Source: Caldilineae bacterium
GTDB taxonomy: Bacteria > Chloroflexota > Anaerolineae > JAAEKA01
DNA: 64,000 nucleotides
Direction of reading: 5' to 3'
NCBI GenBank assembly: GCA_020634555.1
Contig: JACKBK010000006.1
Location: forward strand, 64,373 to 128,372
The notes beneath the pieces are model-generated. The model made no database searches. It was not told where the DNA came from and was given only the letters and a program-made list of their open reading frames with translations. The position numbers and the translations under genes are program-made. Below are positions 34,614 through 44,405 of the stretch, one piece after another. The first letter of the stretch is position 1. Each line of letters opens with the position of its first letter.

Positions 34614-36157
34614 GGTGCTGCCTCCTGTTCCTGTTCGATCTCTTCCAGCCGAGTGCCCATCATCATCTGGCCAACGGTGTCGATATCTGCGTCTTCCGCC
34701 GGGAGAATGCCCATAATCTGCCCGTGAAAGATCACCGCAATGCGATCGCTCAAACTGAAAAGCTCCTCCAGCTCTTCCGAGATCAGCAGCACTGCGGTGC
34801 CAGTCGATCGTTGCTCCAACAGAAGACGCTGGATCGCCTCGATGGCGCCCACATCAAGCCCGCGGGTGGGCTGCACTGCCACCATCAATTTCGGGTCGGT
34901 GGAGATCTCTCTCGCCAGAATCACCTTCTGCAGATTGCCGCCGGACAACTTGCGCGCCAGTGTACGGACTCCCGGAGCCAGGATACCGTAGGACTCCTTG
35001 AGCTTGCGGGCGTAGATGCGGGCATTGCTACGGTTGATAGTGACACCGTTGCCGATGGGTGCCTCGCGGTAGTTCTTCATGATGCTGTTTTCGGTGATGG
35101 ACAGGTTGGGCGCCGTTCCCACGTGGGTGCGGTCCTCCGGCACATGGGCCACGCCGTTCTTAATCGCCAGAATAGGCGGCGCGTTGGCCAGATCTCTGCC
35201 ATCGATGGTGATCTGGCCGCGACACGCCCGCAGACCGGTGATGCATTCCGCCAGCTCGCTTTGGCCATTGCCCGCCACCCCGGCGAAGCCCAGAATTTCG
35301 CCTGCATGAACATCGAACGAAACGCCGCGCAACGCAGGAACCCCCTTGTTGTTCGACGCTTGAAGATCGCGCACGGAAAGAACTACCTCGCCCGGCTTCT
35401 GGGCAGTTCGCTCCACATCGAATACCACGTCCCGCCCTACCATCAACTGGGCCAGCTTGCGTTTGTCGAGGCCGGCAATGTCGATCCCTTCGGCGGTGAC
35501 GACACCTTTGCGCAACACGGTGATGCGGTCGGCCACCTGTTCAACTTCGTGGAGCTTGTGGCTGATGAAGATGATGGACTTGCCCTGGTCTACCAGAGAC
35601 CGCATGGTTGCCATCAACTCATCGATCTCTTGCGGGGCCAGCACAGCCGTCGGCTCGTCCAGAATCAGTATCTCTGCGCCTCGGTAGAGGGTCTTGAGAA
35701 TCTCAACGCGTTGCTGCTCGCCCACAGAAAGCTGCCAGATCTTCGATTTCACATCCACATAAAGACCATACTGCTTCTGTAAAGCCAGAATTTCTTCGTC
35801 GTATTTGGCAAGGTTGATGTGGAAACGAGGCGTGGATAGGCCCAGCAAGATGTTCTCGGTAGCCGTTTGGGTGGGCACGAGCATAAAATGCTGATGCACC
35901 ATACCGATCCCGCAGGCAATGGCATCCCGCGGGGAATGAAAATCTGCCACTTCTCCGTTGATCTTGATGATACCGGAGGTGGGACGATAAAGGCCGGCGA
36001 GCGCGTTCATCAACGTGCTCTTGCCTGCGCCGTTTTCCCCCAGCAGGGCATGGATTTCGCCCTTCTTGAGCACCAGATTGACGTGATCGTTTGCCAGGAC
36101 GCCGGGAAAGCGGATGACGATGTCCTTCATCTCGACAGCGTTGGGGTGTGTTTCCAT
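34610..36157 (-). CDS. ABC transporter ATP-binding protein with duplicated ATPase domains
   Basis: Walker A GENGAGKST, signature LSVGEQQRVEI and Walker B ILILDEPT, then a second cassette (GVAGNGQSEL, LSGGNLQKV, LLISEEL). 515 aa. Confidence 0.9.
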   Translation of the reverse strand: METHPNAVEMKDIVIRFPGVLANDHVNLVLKKGEIHALLGENGAGKSTLMNALAGLYRPTSGIIKINGEVADFHSPRDAIACGIGMVHQHFMLVPTQTATENILLGLSTPRFHINLAKYDEEILALQKQYGLYVDVKSKIWQLSVGEQQRVEILKTLYRGAEILILDEPTAVLAPQEIDELMATMRSLVDQGKSIIFISHKLHEVEQVADRITVLRKGVVTAEGIDIAGLDKRKLAQLMVGRDVVFDVERTAQKPGEVVLSVRDLQASNNKGVPALRGVSFDVHAGEILGFAGVAGNGQSELAECITGLRACRGQITIDGRDLANAPPILAIKNGVAHVPEDRTHVGTAPNLSITENSIMKNYREAPIGNGVTINRSNARIYARKLKESYGILAPGVRTLARKLSGGNLQKVILAREISTDPKLMVAVQPTRGLDVGAIEAIQRLLLEQRSTGTAVLLISEELEELFSLSDRIAVIFHGQIMGILPAEDADIDTVGQMMMGTRLEEIEQEQEAAP

Positions 36158-36300
36158 GAAGGTTTCCTTATGCAGTTTACCGGAGTGGAGTCGTTGTTGA
36201 GCCGAATCGACGAAAGGCCGGGAGGTTTAGCACAGCATCCCGGCGGGCGTGTCAAGCCAATTACCGACTCAAATTCATAAACCGGTGATGGGGGGACGTT

Positions 36301-36335
36301 GAAAAAAGCAAGGCGGCCTCTCGGCCGCCTTGCTT
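36301..36335 (-). terminator. Intrinsic terminator between the binding-protein gene and the ATPase gene
   Basis: On the minus strand: gcaaggcggcc-gaga-ggccgccttgc followed by tttttt. It lies 10 nt after the TAG of the BMP gene. Confidence 0.75.
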
Positions 36336-36344
36336 GACTGAAGA

Positions 36345-37631
36345 CTAATCCAGGGAGGGCAGCTCCGCTGAGATGTTTTCGTTCCACCAGTACATGCAGG
36401 TCTCGCACTCACTGCCGAACTCTTTGAAGCCGTCCAGGTCTTCCTGCTTCAGGCTTACGCCTTCTGGCACAACCAGGTTCCCCTGGTTGTCGGTGATGGG
36501 ACCGGAGAAGACATCGAAACGATCAAGCTCGCCCGACAGGAACTTCATGTAGGTCTCCTTGATCATGGCCAGATCTTCTTCGGGGATCGATGCCACGCCC
36601 GGCATCAGCTCCTCGTCCTCGCCAAAGCCGAAGAGCCCCATGCCGCCGGTGTCGCTGTCGAAGTATTCCCAGCCGCCCACGTACTCACCGTTGCGCGACT
36701 GGTCGACAATGTTGGCGTAGACCGGGCCCCAGTTCCAGTACATCGACGTGAGGCACTGCGGGTTGGTGCAGTTATACTGGTAGTCGTAGGTGATGCCCCA
36801 CTTGCCATCCGGTGCGGCCTCGGCGGGTGCAGGTGTGTCGGCGCCGGTCATCACTACCTGGGCGCCGCTGTCAAAGAGCGACGATGCGGCTTCCTTTTCC
36901 AAAACCGGATCGTGCCAGGTGAAAATCCAGCGCACATCGATGGTGCACTCAGGGCAGGTTTCCTCGACACCCAGGCCGAAGGCGTTGCCCAGCCGCAGCT
37001 CTTCGGGAATCGGGAAGGTAGCGATATAGCCCAGCTTGGGGTTGCCATCGGCCTTGGCCCTGGCGCCAGCCACCATGCCGGCCACGTACTTCATGTTCTC
37101 CATGGATCCCATCAGGTTGCCGAAGTTCTCGCCGTTGGCCTTGAAGCCAGAAATGTGGATGATGTCCACATCGGGGAACTCGCTGGCCACAATCTCGGAG
37201 GCGTCCATGAAGCCAAAGGAGGTGGTGAAGATGACGTCGAAACCTTTGCGGGCCAGGGAGCGAATCACCTGCTCGGCATCCGCGCCTTCCGCCACGTTTT
37301 CGACGTATGCTGTATGCACGTCAGCGACGTTGTTCTCGACAAATTCCCGGGCCTGGTCGTGAGCCTGGGTCCAGCCGCCATCGTCATGGGGGCCGACGTA
37401 GACAAAGGCAACGTTGTACTTGCCCTCTTCAGTGGTCGGAATTTGGTAGGTGCCTGCATCTGTGCTCGTGTCAGCCGGCGCTTGGGCGGGCGCCTCCTCG
37501 GCCGGCGTATCCTGTGCTGAAGCCGATTGATCGGCAGCCGGCGCAGGGGTTGCGGCTGGCGCACAGGCTGCGACCAGCATGACCAGAACCAGCAACAGTG
37601 CCAGCAGGCTCCAAAGACGTTTGTTCGACAT
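36345..37631 (-). CDS. BMP-family (PnrA/Med-like) ABC substrate-binding lipoprotein, probable purine nucleoside binding
   Basis: ATG 37631 (SD ggagaa upstream) gives MSNKRLWSLLALLLVLVMLVAAC (lipobox), followed by an A/P/T/D-rich linker. ...VAFVYVGPHDDGGWTQAHD... and ...IFTTSFGFMD... are BMP-family blocks. The track start 37829 is an upstream extension. Confidence 0.85.
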   Translation of the reverse strand: MSNKRLWSLLALLLVLVMLVAACAPAATPAPAADQSASAQDTPAEEAPAQAPADTSTDAGTYQIPTTEEGKYNVAFVYVGPHDDGGWTQAHDQAREFVENNVADVHTAYVENVAEGADAEQVIRSLARKGFDVIFTTSFGFMDASEIVASEFPDVDIIHISGFKANGENFGNLMGSMENMKYVAGMVAGARAKADGNPKLGYIATFPIPEELRLGNAFGLGVEETCPECTIDVRWIFTWHDPVLEKEAASSLFDSGAQVVMTGADTPAPAEAAPDGKWGITYDYQYNCTNPQCLTSMYWNWGPVYANIVDQSRNGEYVGGWEYFDSDTGGMGLFGFGEDEELMPGVASIPEEDLAMIKETYMKFLSGELDRFDVFSGPITDNQGNLVVPEGVSLKQEDLDGFKEFGSECETCMYWWNENISAELPSLD

Positions 37632-37775
37632 AGCTTTCTCCTCGTGCTGAGTGGTTGGGCCAAGGGGCCAGTGAATGAAGGTCAGTGGGATGAGCCGGCA
37701 GAGTTGGGCGGTCTCTGCCAGGGTGGGAGGTTGGCAAGCCTGGCTGCGTGAGAATTGACAATCGACTGCGCGGAA

Positions 37776-37804
37776 AAGATACCGCAGAAAGCTGTTGTTG
37801 TCAA
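37776..37804 (-). promoter_or_regulatory. Candidate promoter of the BMP-ABC operon (TTGACA-17-TATCTT on the minus strand) embedded in an 8-bp inverted repeat pair
   Basis: Minus-strand TTGACA = 37804..37799 and TATCTT = 37781..37776. ATTGACAA (37754-37761) and TTGTCAAT (37798-37805) form an inverted repeat around an inner ctgcgcgg/ccgcag stem. Confidence 0.4.
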
Positions 37805-38029
37805 TCTCGTCACCTGCCGCCTGGCTCACACCACCGGCTCATCCACACAGCGATGCATCGAGTCTACCATGCTGTCGCAAATCCTGGTATGACATTGGTC
37901 ATGTTTGAGCGGTGGGAGACCAGCAAATATGGACTTGCCACGGTTTGATGGTAAAATTCGGCCAGCCCGGTGCAGGAAATCTACACCTGAAGTTGGACCA
38001 CAAGGTACTGCACTCAATGAGGAGGCGCT

Positions 38030-39742
38030 ATGGAATCAGCACAATTGCTTCGTGTTGCCCGCGGGGAAGAACCAGCCGATCTGGTTCTGCGTGGCGGCGC
38101 AGTGATCAATGTTTTCTCCGGGGAGATCGAACAGACCGATATCGCATTAGCCGGCGGCAAGATCGCCGGTCTCGGCCCTGGGTATGCAGCCGTGCAGGAG
38201 GTGGATCTGGCTGGCGCGCTGGTGGCGCCTGGCTTCATCGACGCCCACGTCCACATCGAAAGCTCCATGTGTACCACGCCCCAGTTCGCCCGCGCCGTGT
38301 TGCCGCGCGGCACCACGACCGTCATCACCGATCCCCATGAGATCGCCAACGTCCACGGGCTGGAGGGCATTCGCTACATGCTGCACGCCGCTCGTCACAC
38401 ACCGTTGAGCGTCTGGGTCAACGTGCCCTCGTGCGTGCCGGCCACCGCGATGGAAACATCGGGTGCCGTGCTGCCGGCGGAAGATTTGCTGACGCTGCTG
38501 GACGATCCGGGCGTGCTGGGTCTGGCCGAGATGATGAACTACCCCGGCGTTGTTTTCGGCGATCCCGATGTGCTGGCCAAGATCGCCGGCTTCCGCGGGC
38601 ATCCATTGGACGGCCACGCACCGGCGTTGAGCGGCCAGCAACTTAACGCCTACATCGCGGCCGGCATCGGCTCGGACCACGAGTGCACCACGGTCGAGGA
38701 AGCAGCGGAAAAGCTGGCGCGCGGGCTGTACATCCTCATTCGCGAGGCCACCAACGCCCACAACCTGGAGACGCTGCTGCCGTTGGTCACGCCGCGCAAC
38801 AGCCGGCGCATCTGCTTCTGCACCGATGACCGCCAACCGGCCGACCTGCTGGACCAGGGCGGGATCGACTACATGGTGCAGACTGCGATCCGCCGCGGCG
38901 TCGATCCGGTGACCGCGATCCAGATGGCGACGCTGAACACCACCGAGTGGTTCGGCCTGCACGACCGCGGCGCGGTGGCGCCGGGCCGCCGCGCCGATCT
39001 GGTTGTCTTTGACAGCTTCGATGATTTGCAGGTGCGCCGGGTCTATATCGCAGGGCGGCTGGCAGCGCGCGACGGCGCGCTGCAGATGGCGACTCCGGCC
39101 GCGCCACCTTTCTCCTTGCCGCAGAGCATGAACATCGCCTGGGACCAGATCGACCTGGCTATCCCGGCCGCGGGCACGAAGGTCCGCGTCATCGGCGCGA
39201 TCGAGAATCAACTGGTCACCGAGCACCTGATTCTGGAACCGCGACTGGCGGAGGGCATGGCCGTGGCCGACGTGGCGCGGGACGTGCTGAAGATAGCCGT
39301 CATCGAGCGCCATCATGGTACCGGCAACGTCGGCAAGGGGTTCATCAAGAACATCGGTTTGAAGCGGGGCGCGCTGGCCTCGTCGGTAGCTCACGACCAC
39401 CACAACATCGTCGTAGTCGGCGCGGACGACACCAGCATGATGACCGCCGCGCGCGCCGTTGCTGCGATGGGCGGCGGGCTGGCGGCTGCGGAGGGGGAGC
39501 AGGTGCTGGGGCGCTTGCCGCTGCCGGTGGCCGGGCTGATGTGCGAGGAACCCATCGAGCAAGTCCGCGCTCAGTTCGACAACCTGCTTGACGCGGCGCA
39601 TGCGCTGGGATCGCCCCTGCACGACCCCTTCATGGCCATGAGCTTCAGCGCGCTGGAGGTCATCCCACACCTCAAGCTGACCGATGTCGGCCTGGTAGAC
39701 GTGGACCGCTTCGAGGTCGTGCCGCTGTTTGTCGCCCCGTAG
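38030..39742 (+). CDS. ade: Adenine deaminase
   Basis: ...ADLVLRGGAVINVFSGEIEQTDIALAGGKIAGLG...APGFIDAHVHIESSM...TTVITDPHEIANV...LDGHAP...GIGSDHECT... is the canonical adenine deaminase (amidohydrolase) signature. 570 aa, SD gaggag. Confidence 0.9.
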   Translation: MESAQLLRVARGEEPADLVLRGGAVINVFSGEIEQTDIALAGGKIAGLGPGYAAVQEVDLAGALVAPGFIDAHVHIESSMCTTPQFARAVLPRGTTTVITDPHEIANVHGLEGIRYMLHAARHTPLSVWVNVPSCVPATAMETSGAVLPAEDLLTLLDDPGVLGLAEMMNYPGVVFGDPDVLAKIAGFRGHPLDGHAPALSGQQLNAYIAAGIGSDHECTTVEEAAEKLARGLYILIREATNAHNLETLLPLVTPRNSRRICFCTDDRQPADLLDQGGIDYMVQTAIRRGVDPVTAIQMATLNTTEWFGLHDRGAVAPGRRADLVVFDSFDDLQVRRVYIAGRLAARDGALQMATPAAPPFSLPQSMNIAWDQIDLAIPAAGTKVRVIGAIENQLVTEHLILEPRLAEGMAVADVARDVLKIAVIERHHGTGNVGKGFIKNIGLKRGALASSVAHDHHNIVVVGADDTSMMTAARAVAAMGGGLAAAEGEQVLGRLPLPVAGLMCEEPIEQVRAQFDNLLDAAHALGSPLHDPFMAMSFSALEVIPHLKLTDVGLVDVDRFEVVPLFVAP

Positions 39743-39810
39743 AATAGCCCCTTGTGGGCGTTCGGGAGTCCTCGGAACGGGCACAAGGCCCTATCCTACA
39801 CGTACCCGCC
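39739..39810. repeat. 72-bp repeat, copy 1 (gtagaatagccccttgtgggcgttc...gaacgggcacaaggccctatcctacacgtacccgcc)
   Basis: Nearly identical to the copy at 39861-39932. It contains a 25-nt imperfect inverted repeat and starts within the ade stop codon. Confidence 0.85.
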
Positions 39811-39860
39811 GGACCGCCTTCGCAGTGTAGCACCTTGTCGATGCTCGCGTTCATCCTGTC

Positions 39861-39932
39861 GTAGGATAGCCCCTTGTGGGCGTTCGGGAATCGCCGGAAC
39901 GGGCACAAGGCCCTATCCTACACGTACCCGCC
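39861..39932. repeat. 72-bp repeat, copy 2
   Basis: A direct repeat of 39739-39810, 122 bp downstream, with a few substitutions concentrated in the loop (gggagtcctcgg vs gggaatcgccgg). Confidence 0.85.
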
Positions 39933-39941
39933 GATGAGTAG

Positions 39942-39979
39942 TTTGAGGAGTTCGCATGCTCACATGCGAACTCCTCAAA
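39942..39979. terminator. Perfect 17-bp-stem hairpin between the convergent ade and META-lipoprotein genes
   Basis: tttgaggagttcgcatg-ctca-catgcgaactcctcaaa. It lies 30 nt 3' of the minus-strand gene stop. There is no T-tract on either side. Confidence 0.5.
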
Positions 39980-40008
39980 TCAAGGTTGGCGAGACGCTGA
40001 CGCTGCGG

Positions 40009-42348
40009 TTAGCCGCCGTTGTAGCGCAGGATCTCCTGGCCGCCGGCGTCGAAGATGACAAGCTGGCCGCCGGGCAGGTCGAAGCTGGCGGCGCCCTGCA
40101 GGCTGGCCAGATATATCTGTTCCTGGTCCATCACATCCTGCTCGCACGCCATCTGAGTGGAGATCAGCGGTCCGACCGTCAGCGTCGTGCCGTCCACGGT
40201 GTAGGCGCCGCTGTAGGTGTTGCAGCCGCTGTTGCCGCTGACCGTGCCTGCATTGTCGAAGGCCAGGGTAATGGTTGTGTTAGGCAACGGCACTCGACCC
40301 GGCTCGAAGGAACTCAGCGCCCAGCTTGTGTTGGCCAGCGGGTTGCCCGGAATCACCGTCACCGTCACCTGTTGCGTCTGCGTCGTGCCGTCGATGAGCG
40401 CCACGCGTATCTCATAGGTCGTCGTCGTGTCGAGGCAATGGACCTGGACGCCATTGCCGGTGACCGGGTAGTCTTCGTAGGCTGCGCCCTGCGGGTAGAC
40501 CCAGACAGCCTGCACGTTCTCTACGTTCCACGCCAGCGTTGTACACTGACCGGCGTCGATGGTAGTCGGATTGGCGCTGAACTGAATGATCGGCTCCGGC
40601 GGCGCCGTTGGCTCCGGTGTCGCTGTGGGAGGAAGCGGGGTGTTGGTCGGTGGAACCGGGATCACCGTGGCTGCTGGCGGCTGGGTTGCGGTCGGTTCAG
40701 GAGGCGGCGGCACGGTGACGTAGGCACGCTGGTCAACCATGATCAGCCAGCCGCCGCCGGCCGGCAGGACCAGTTCCATGGTGTTGCCGCCGGCGCGAAC
40801 TCTGTAGGTTTGGGCTGCCAGCAGCGCGTTGATGAAACCCTGATCGTAGGAGTCGGGACCGCACTCGGCCAGCGTCACCGGGCCGGGTTGCGCCAGCATT
40901 CCTCCTGCCATGCCTCCCTGGCTCAGCTCGTAGGTCATTCCACCGTTGTTGCAGTCAGCCGTAAACCGGATCATTCCGTCGGAGTTGTAGATCACTTGGT
41001 AGGCCTCTGGGTTGGGGATCGCGACGATCGAGTCGCTGCCGGGCTGCTCAGGACCATTGGTCCACAGCCAGACCACGTCCTGCAGCCCTGAGGCCGGCAC
41101 GCCCTTGATCTCCAGCGAGGCCACCAGCGCATCCAGCGTTTCCAGGTCAGGTTCCCAGTCAGCGGGCGGCAGCGCGTTCAGGGCATCGGCAGTCGTGGAG
41201 ATCACGCCCATGGGATCAGCATTGAACGCGTCCCAGTCCTCTTGTGGAATCTGGCTGACGTCGGCGGGCGCCGCATCCGTAGTAACCGGATACCAGAAGG
41301 AAACCAGGTACTGGCCGTCGTTGGTGAATCCCTGGTAGACGTAGCGCAGCCCCTGGTTGGTCACCGGATTGGCGTCCTGCGCCCAGCGGCCGACAAAGCG
41401 GTAGCCGGTCTGGGTGGCGCTGAGAAGGTTCAACTCGCTGGCCGGCACGGCGCGGCTGATCTGCACCGCCAGATCGTTGTACCCTGCAATCTCCGATGAG
41501 GGTAGCGCGGGCATTCCGCTGGTCGGCGCCGGGCTGGGCATGGTGAAGGCGTACTGCTCGATCCGGTCGAGGGTGCGGCTGACCGACGGATCGCCTGCCG
41601 CGTCCCACTGCGCCCGGTAGGCGTTGACCGGGATGATGTACATGATCGGATCGCTGGGCTGGCGGTCAGCAGGGTCGGTGACGCCGAAGAGGATCTCGAT
41701 GTGTTCCGGCAATCCCGTCGGGCCGGGCGGCATACTGGCGTCGTAAGGCGTCTCAGGCACCAGCACCGGCTGCCAGGAATAGGGCAATCCCTGGGTGTCG
41801 AGGCTGATATCGTTGGGACCGATGCCGAGCGCGCTAAAGGGAGTGAACTGCATCTGCCCGGCGGCGTCACCCAACACCAACTGCAGATCGCCCGTTTCAG
41901 TAACCAACGCGCCGCTGACCCGCCCCAGCAGGCTGAGATAGAGCTGGTCCATGGACCCCTCGCCGCAGAACGCCATGGTCGCGGCGCCGAGTTGGATGGT
42001 CAACGACTCGCCGTCTAGCGTGTAGCTGCCGGCGACCTGGTTGCAGTCGGCCTGGATGGCCACCGTGTTGTCGTCGGCAAAGGTCAGTGTGTAGTTCTGC
42101 GGGTCGGGGACCACTGACTGGTTGGCTGGCGCGGTTTCGGTCAGCGCCGTCCATTGCCAGGGAGTGGCGGTCAGTTCCTCCTGGGTCGCCGGCGCGTGGG
42201 TGGTATCGGTCGCGGGCGGACGCGCGGGCTGCTCGCCCGCGGGGATCTGATCAGGCGTTGGGGCTTCAGGGATGCCAGCAGGCTGGCAGGCGGCAAAGAG
42301 CAGCAGGCTGACCAGCAGCAGCAAAGCAAGCGGGGTGGACCGTCTCAT
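40009..42348 (-). CDS. Secreted lipoprotein with three META (HslJ-like) domains and an Ig-like module
   Basis: MRRSTPLALLLLVSLLLFAAC (lipobox). META-like blocks: ...WQWTALTE...YTLTFADDNTVAIQADCNQVAGSYTLDGESLTIQ...MAFC, then ...IRFTADCNNGGMTYEL...LAEC, then ...WALSSFE...ITLAFDNAGTVSGNSGCNTYSGAYTVDGTTLTVGPLISTQMAC. Confidence 0.75.
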   Translation of the reverse strand: MRRSTPLALLLLVSLLLFAACQPAGIPEAPTPDQIPAGEQPARPPATDTTHAPATQEELTATPWQWTALTETAPANQSVVPDPQNYTLTFADDNTVAIQADCNQVAGSYTLDGESLTIQLGAATMAFCGEGSMDQLYLSLLGRVSGALVTETGDLQLVLGDAAGQMQFTPFSALGIGPNDISLDTQGLPYSWQPVLVPETPYDASMPPGPTGLPEHIEILFGVTDPADRQPSDPIMYIIPVNAYRAQWDAAGDPSVSRTLDRIEQYAFTMPSPAPTSGMPALPSSEIAGYNDLAVQISRAVPASELNLLSATQTGYRFVGRWAQDANPVTNQGLRYVYQGFTNDGQYLVSFWYPVTTDAAPADVSQIPQEDWDAFNADPMGVISTTADALNALPPADWEPDLETLDALVASLEIKGVPASGLQDVVWLWTNGPEQPGSDSIVAIPNPEAYQVIYNSDGMIRFTADCNNGGMTYELSQGGMAGGMLAQPGPVTLAECGPDSYDQGFINALLAAQTYRVRAGGNTMELVLPAGGGWLIMVDQRAYVTVPPPPEPTATQPPAATVIPVPPTNTPLPPTATPEPTAPPEPIIQFSANPTTIDAGQCTTLAWNVENVQAVWVYPQGAAYEDYPVTGNGVQVHCLDTTTTYEIRVALIDGTTQTQQVTVTVIPGNPLANTSWALSSFEPGRVPLPNTTITLAFDNAGTVSGNSGCNTYSGAYTVDGTTLTVGPLISTQMACEQDVMDQEQIYLASLQGAASFDLPGGQLVIFDAGGQEILRYNGG

Positions 42349-42440
42349 CTTAGTTTTCTCACTTTCGTTGGGGTTGAGTGGTTTTGCAGCGTACGCTGAA
42401 CGCCGGTTACATGCACCGGGGAAGCGAAATGTTTACTCGT

Positions 42441-43814
42441 CTACATTGACACCAATGGCAGATACGCCCGCCGGCGCACCTGGGGCTTCTCCATGCACGC
42501 CCACGTTGCCCCGCCGTCGTCGGAGCGGTACATGTAGTCGTCGTAGGTCCCCGCGACGTAGGCGTGCATGAACAACGAGTACGGTTTGGCGGGAACAGGT
42601 GTGCCCGGTGCATCGACGCGCGGCAGGAAGACCTGGTGTAGGGTGGCGTTGCTCGTTGCCGACCGCTCACTGTTCATCGGCTGGTTCAAGATCACGGGCG
42701 CAGCGGGGTTGGCAGTCATCGGATTCATCAGCGATGAACTGGCTCGTCTGGCCACTTCCAGGCTGAACACCGTCCCCGATACCGTCAATCGCCGCCAGCT
42801 TAGTCCATCGTCGTAGCTGGCGTACAGCCCATCTCTGGTGGCAAGATAGATCGTGGGGTCTTCGGGGTAGTCGGGCGCAAAGCGTGGAATGAGTCCTCCC
42901 ACTTGTGTCAGCGAATGGTCACATGCTGCAGTCGAGCCCCAAGGGAAGATCGCCCGCCACGTCAGTCCGCCATCCCTGCTCTGAAACAGCGAGTTGTCAT
43001 AGAAACTTATCAGGAGTGTGTGGTCACGGGCATAGCCGGGTGACACCTGGAGATGCGAATTCAGCATCGAGGTGTAGCACAGTCCCTGGCCAGCCGTCTG
43101 CCACGTTTCGCCGCCGTCATGGGAGAGGATGAAGTCGTTGCCCAAAGTCTGGCTGTTGCCCAACAGCGTCGCCCAGATAGTCTGGTCGTTGTCGTAGTCG
43201 GACGACACCGCCACACTCCAGGCGTTGGTTTCCTCCCAGATCATCTGCCAACTCTGGCCGCCGTCCTCTGAACGGGCGATACCAAAGGGTAGTGGACTCC
43301 AGTCGAAATACCACCAGCGCGGTTGAAACAGAACATTTGCTTGGCCAGCGGCGCGTAGACTAAACCAAGAACAGTCAAGATCAACTGCACTGCAAGCCGC
43401 AGTGCGTTCCTCCCAAACGTCGCCTGTTTGCTCGCTCCGAAATAGGTGGTACTGGCGATAGTAGAGGTCCTGCACCCCGAGATAGAGGGTGATCCCACCA
43501 TCGGCGTTGTGCGGCGTCATCTGAAACTGCTCAATGCTTGAAAGGAACAGGTCTGGCGCAAATGTGAAAATTAATTGCCACGTTTGGCCATTATCCTGAC
43601 TGCGCCACAGCAAGCTCTCAGACACGTTGATCCAAAACATCGTCTCATCCTGGTCGTATCGAGGCGACGGAAACACGTAGTCGCGAGTCAACTCTTGTTG
43701 GCATGCGGGTAAGATCGTCTGAGCACGCGTCCGTTGGCTGCCCCATGGCCCCAGGAGCGACAACAACAGAAACGCCGAAGCCACGGCTGTCGTGAAGAGG
43801 GTTGCTCGTCTCAT
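42441..43814 (-). CDS. Secreted BNR/Asp-box repeat beta-propeller protein (Ycf48/sialidase-like fold) with a C-terminal YLPLV tail
   Basis: ATG 43814 gives MRRATLFTTAVASAFLLLSLLGPW (signal peptide). Asp-box repeats are present: SQDNGQTWQ, SEDGGQSWQ, SHDGGETWQ, SRDGGLTWR, SYDDGLSWR, SDDGGATW. The track start 44021 is an extension. Confidence 0.75.
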   Translation of the reverse strand: MRRATLFTTAVASAFLLLSLLGPWGSQRTRAQTILPACQQELTRDYVFPSPRYDQDETMFWINVSESLLWRSQDNGQTWQLIFTFAPDLFLSSIEQFQMTPHNADGGITLYLGVQDLYYRQYHLFRSEQTGDVWEERTAACSAVDLDCSWFSLRAAGQANVLFQPRWWYFDWSPLPFGIARSEDGGQSWQMIWEETNAWSVAVSSDYDNDQTIWATLLGNSQTLGNDFILSHDGGETWQTAGQGLCYTSMLNSHLQVSPGYARDHTLLISFYDNSLFQSRDGGLTWRAIFPWGSTAACDHSLTQVGGLIPRFAPDYPEDPTIYLATRDGLYASYDDGLSWRRLTVSGTVFSLEVARRASSSLMNPMTANPAAPVILNQPMNSERSATSNATLHQVFLPRVDAPGTPVPAKPYSLFMHAYVAGTYDDYMYRSDDGGATWACMEKPQVRRRAYLPLVSM

Positions 43815-44405
43815 GATGCATGCCCCTATTGGTCCGGCGTGGCTGTCACGGGAACACCCCCTGCCCAAGTCGTTCCAGCCGGTATCGTGAGCGAGTATTC
43901 GCCAGACTGCATGACGTAAAACAGGAGCAGGATGGCTGCCCCCCGACGGTTGTTGCGATGGTCGTCCATGAGCTTCCTCCACATGATAGCCAGCAGTAAC
44001 GCCAGCCGATTTCATCATCAACGAACTGACCTGATGATAGCACCTGTTTGGCGGGGCGTCAACAGGGCATTTGGAGCATTGACGAACCGATCATGACTGT
44101 GTTCCGGGAACTTGATGTGTTGTTCATAGCGCTGGCGTCCGCGAAGCTGACCTGGATCATACCACGAAACAGCCGAGTCGTGGTACATTGCTGGTACGGG
44201 AAATAGACGCGGTGCGATTCTCGCCTTGAGCGGGAAGATGAAAGCATTGTCATGAAATTCACGCACTCGTGTAATCAAGGATTAATGTTCATCGCGTACA
44301 TTGAGACTGTAAGAAACTACCGAGTTGTAGGACATGATGGCATGGGAAGATCGCAGGACGGGAAGAGACGACCTACCGACTTACCACCTCTGGTGAGGGA
44401 AACTC

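Noticed and set aside
37632-38029. A possible purine riboswitch in the leaders of the BMP transporter or ade
   Set aside because: I could not find the conserved purine-riboswitch core (the junction and loop sequences around a three-way junction) on either strand. I see only generic hairpins. A covariance-model scan is needed to be certain.
38147-39784. 545-aa minus-strand ORF
   Set aside because: It is fully antisense to adenine deaminase, whose motifs are unambiguous. The translation is an arginine/glycine/alanine-rich low-information sequence.
39874-41091. 405-aa plus-strand ORF
   Set aside because: It is antisense to the META-domain lipoprotein gene and starts inside the 72-bp repeat. 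It has no motifs.
44018-44278. 86-aa minus-strand ORF in the AT-richer gap upstream of the BNR and LRR genes
   Set aside because: I recognise no domain, I saw no start context or SD, and a competing ORF in another frame (44059..44262) exists. It could be a gene fragment, but the sequence alone does not support a call.
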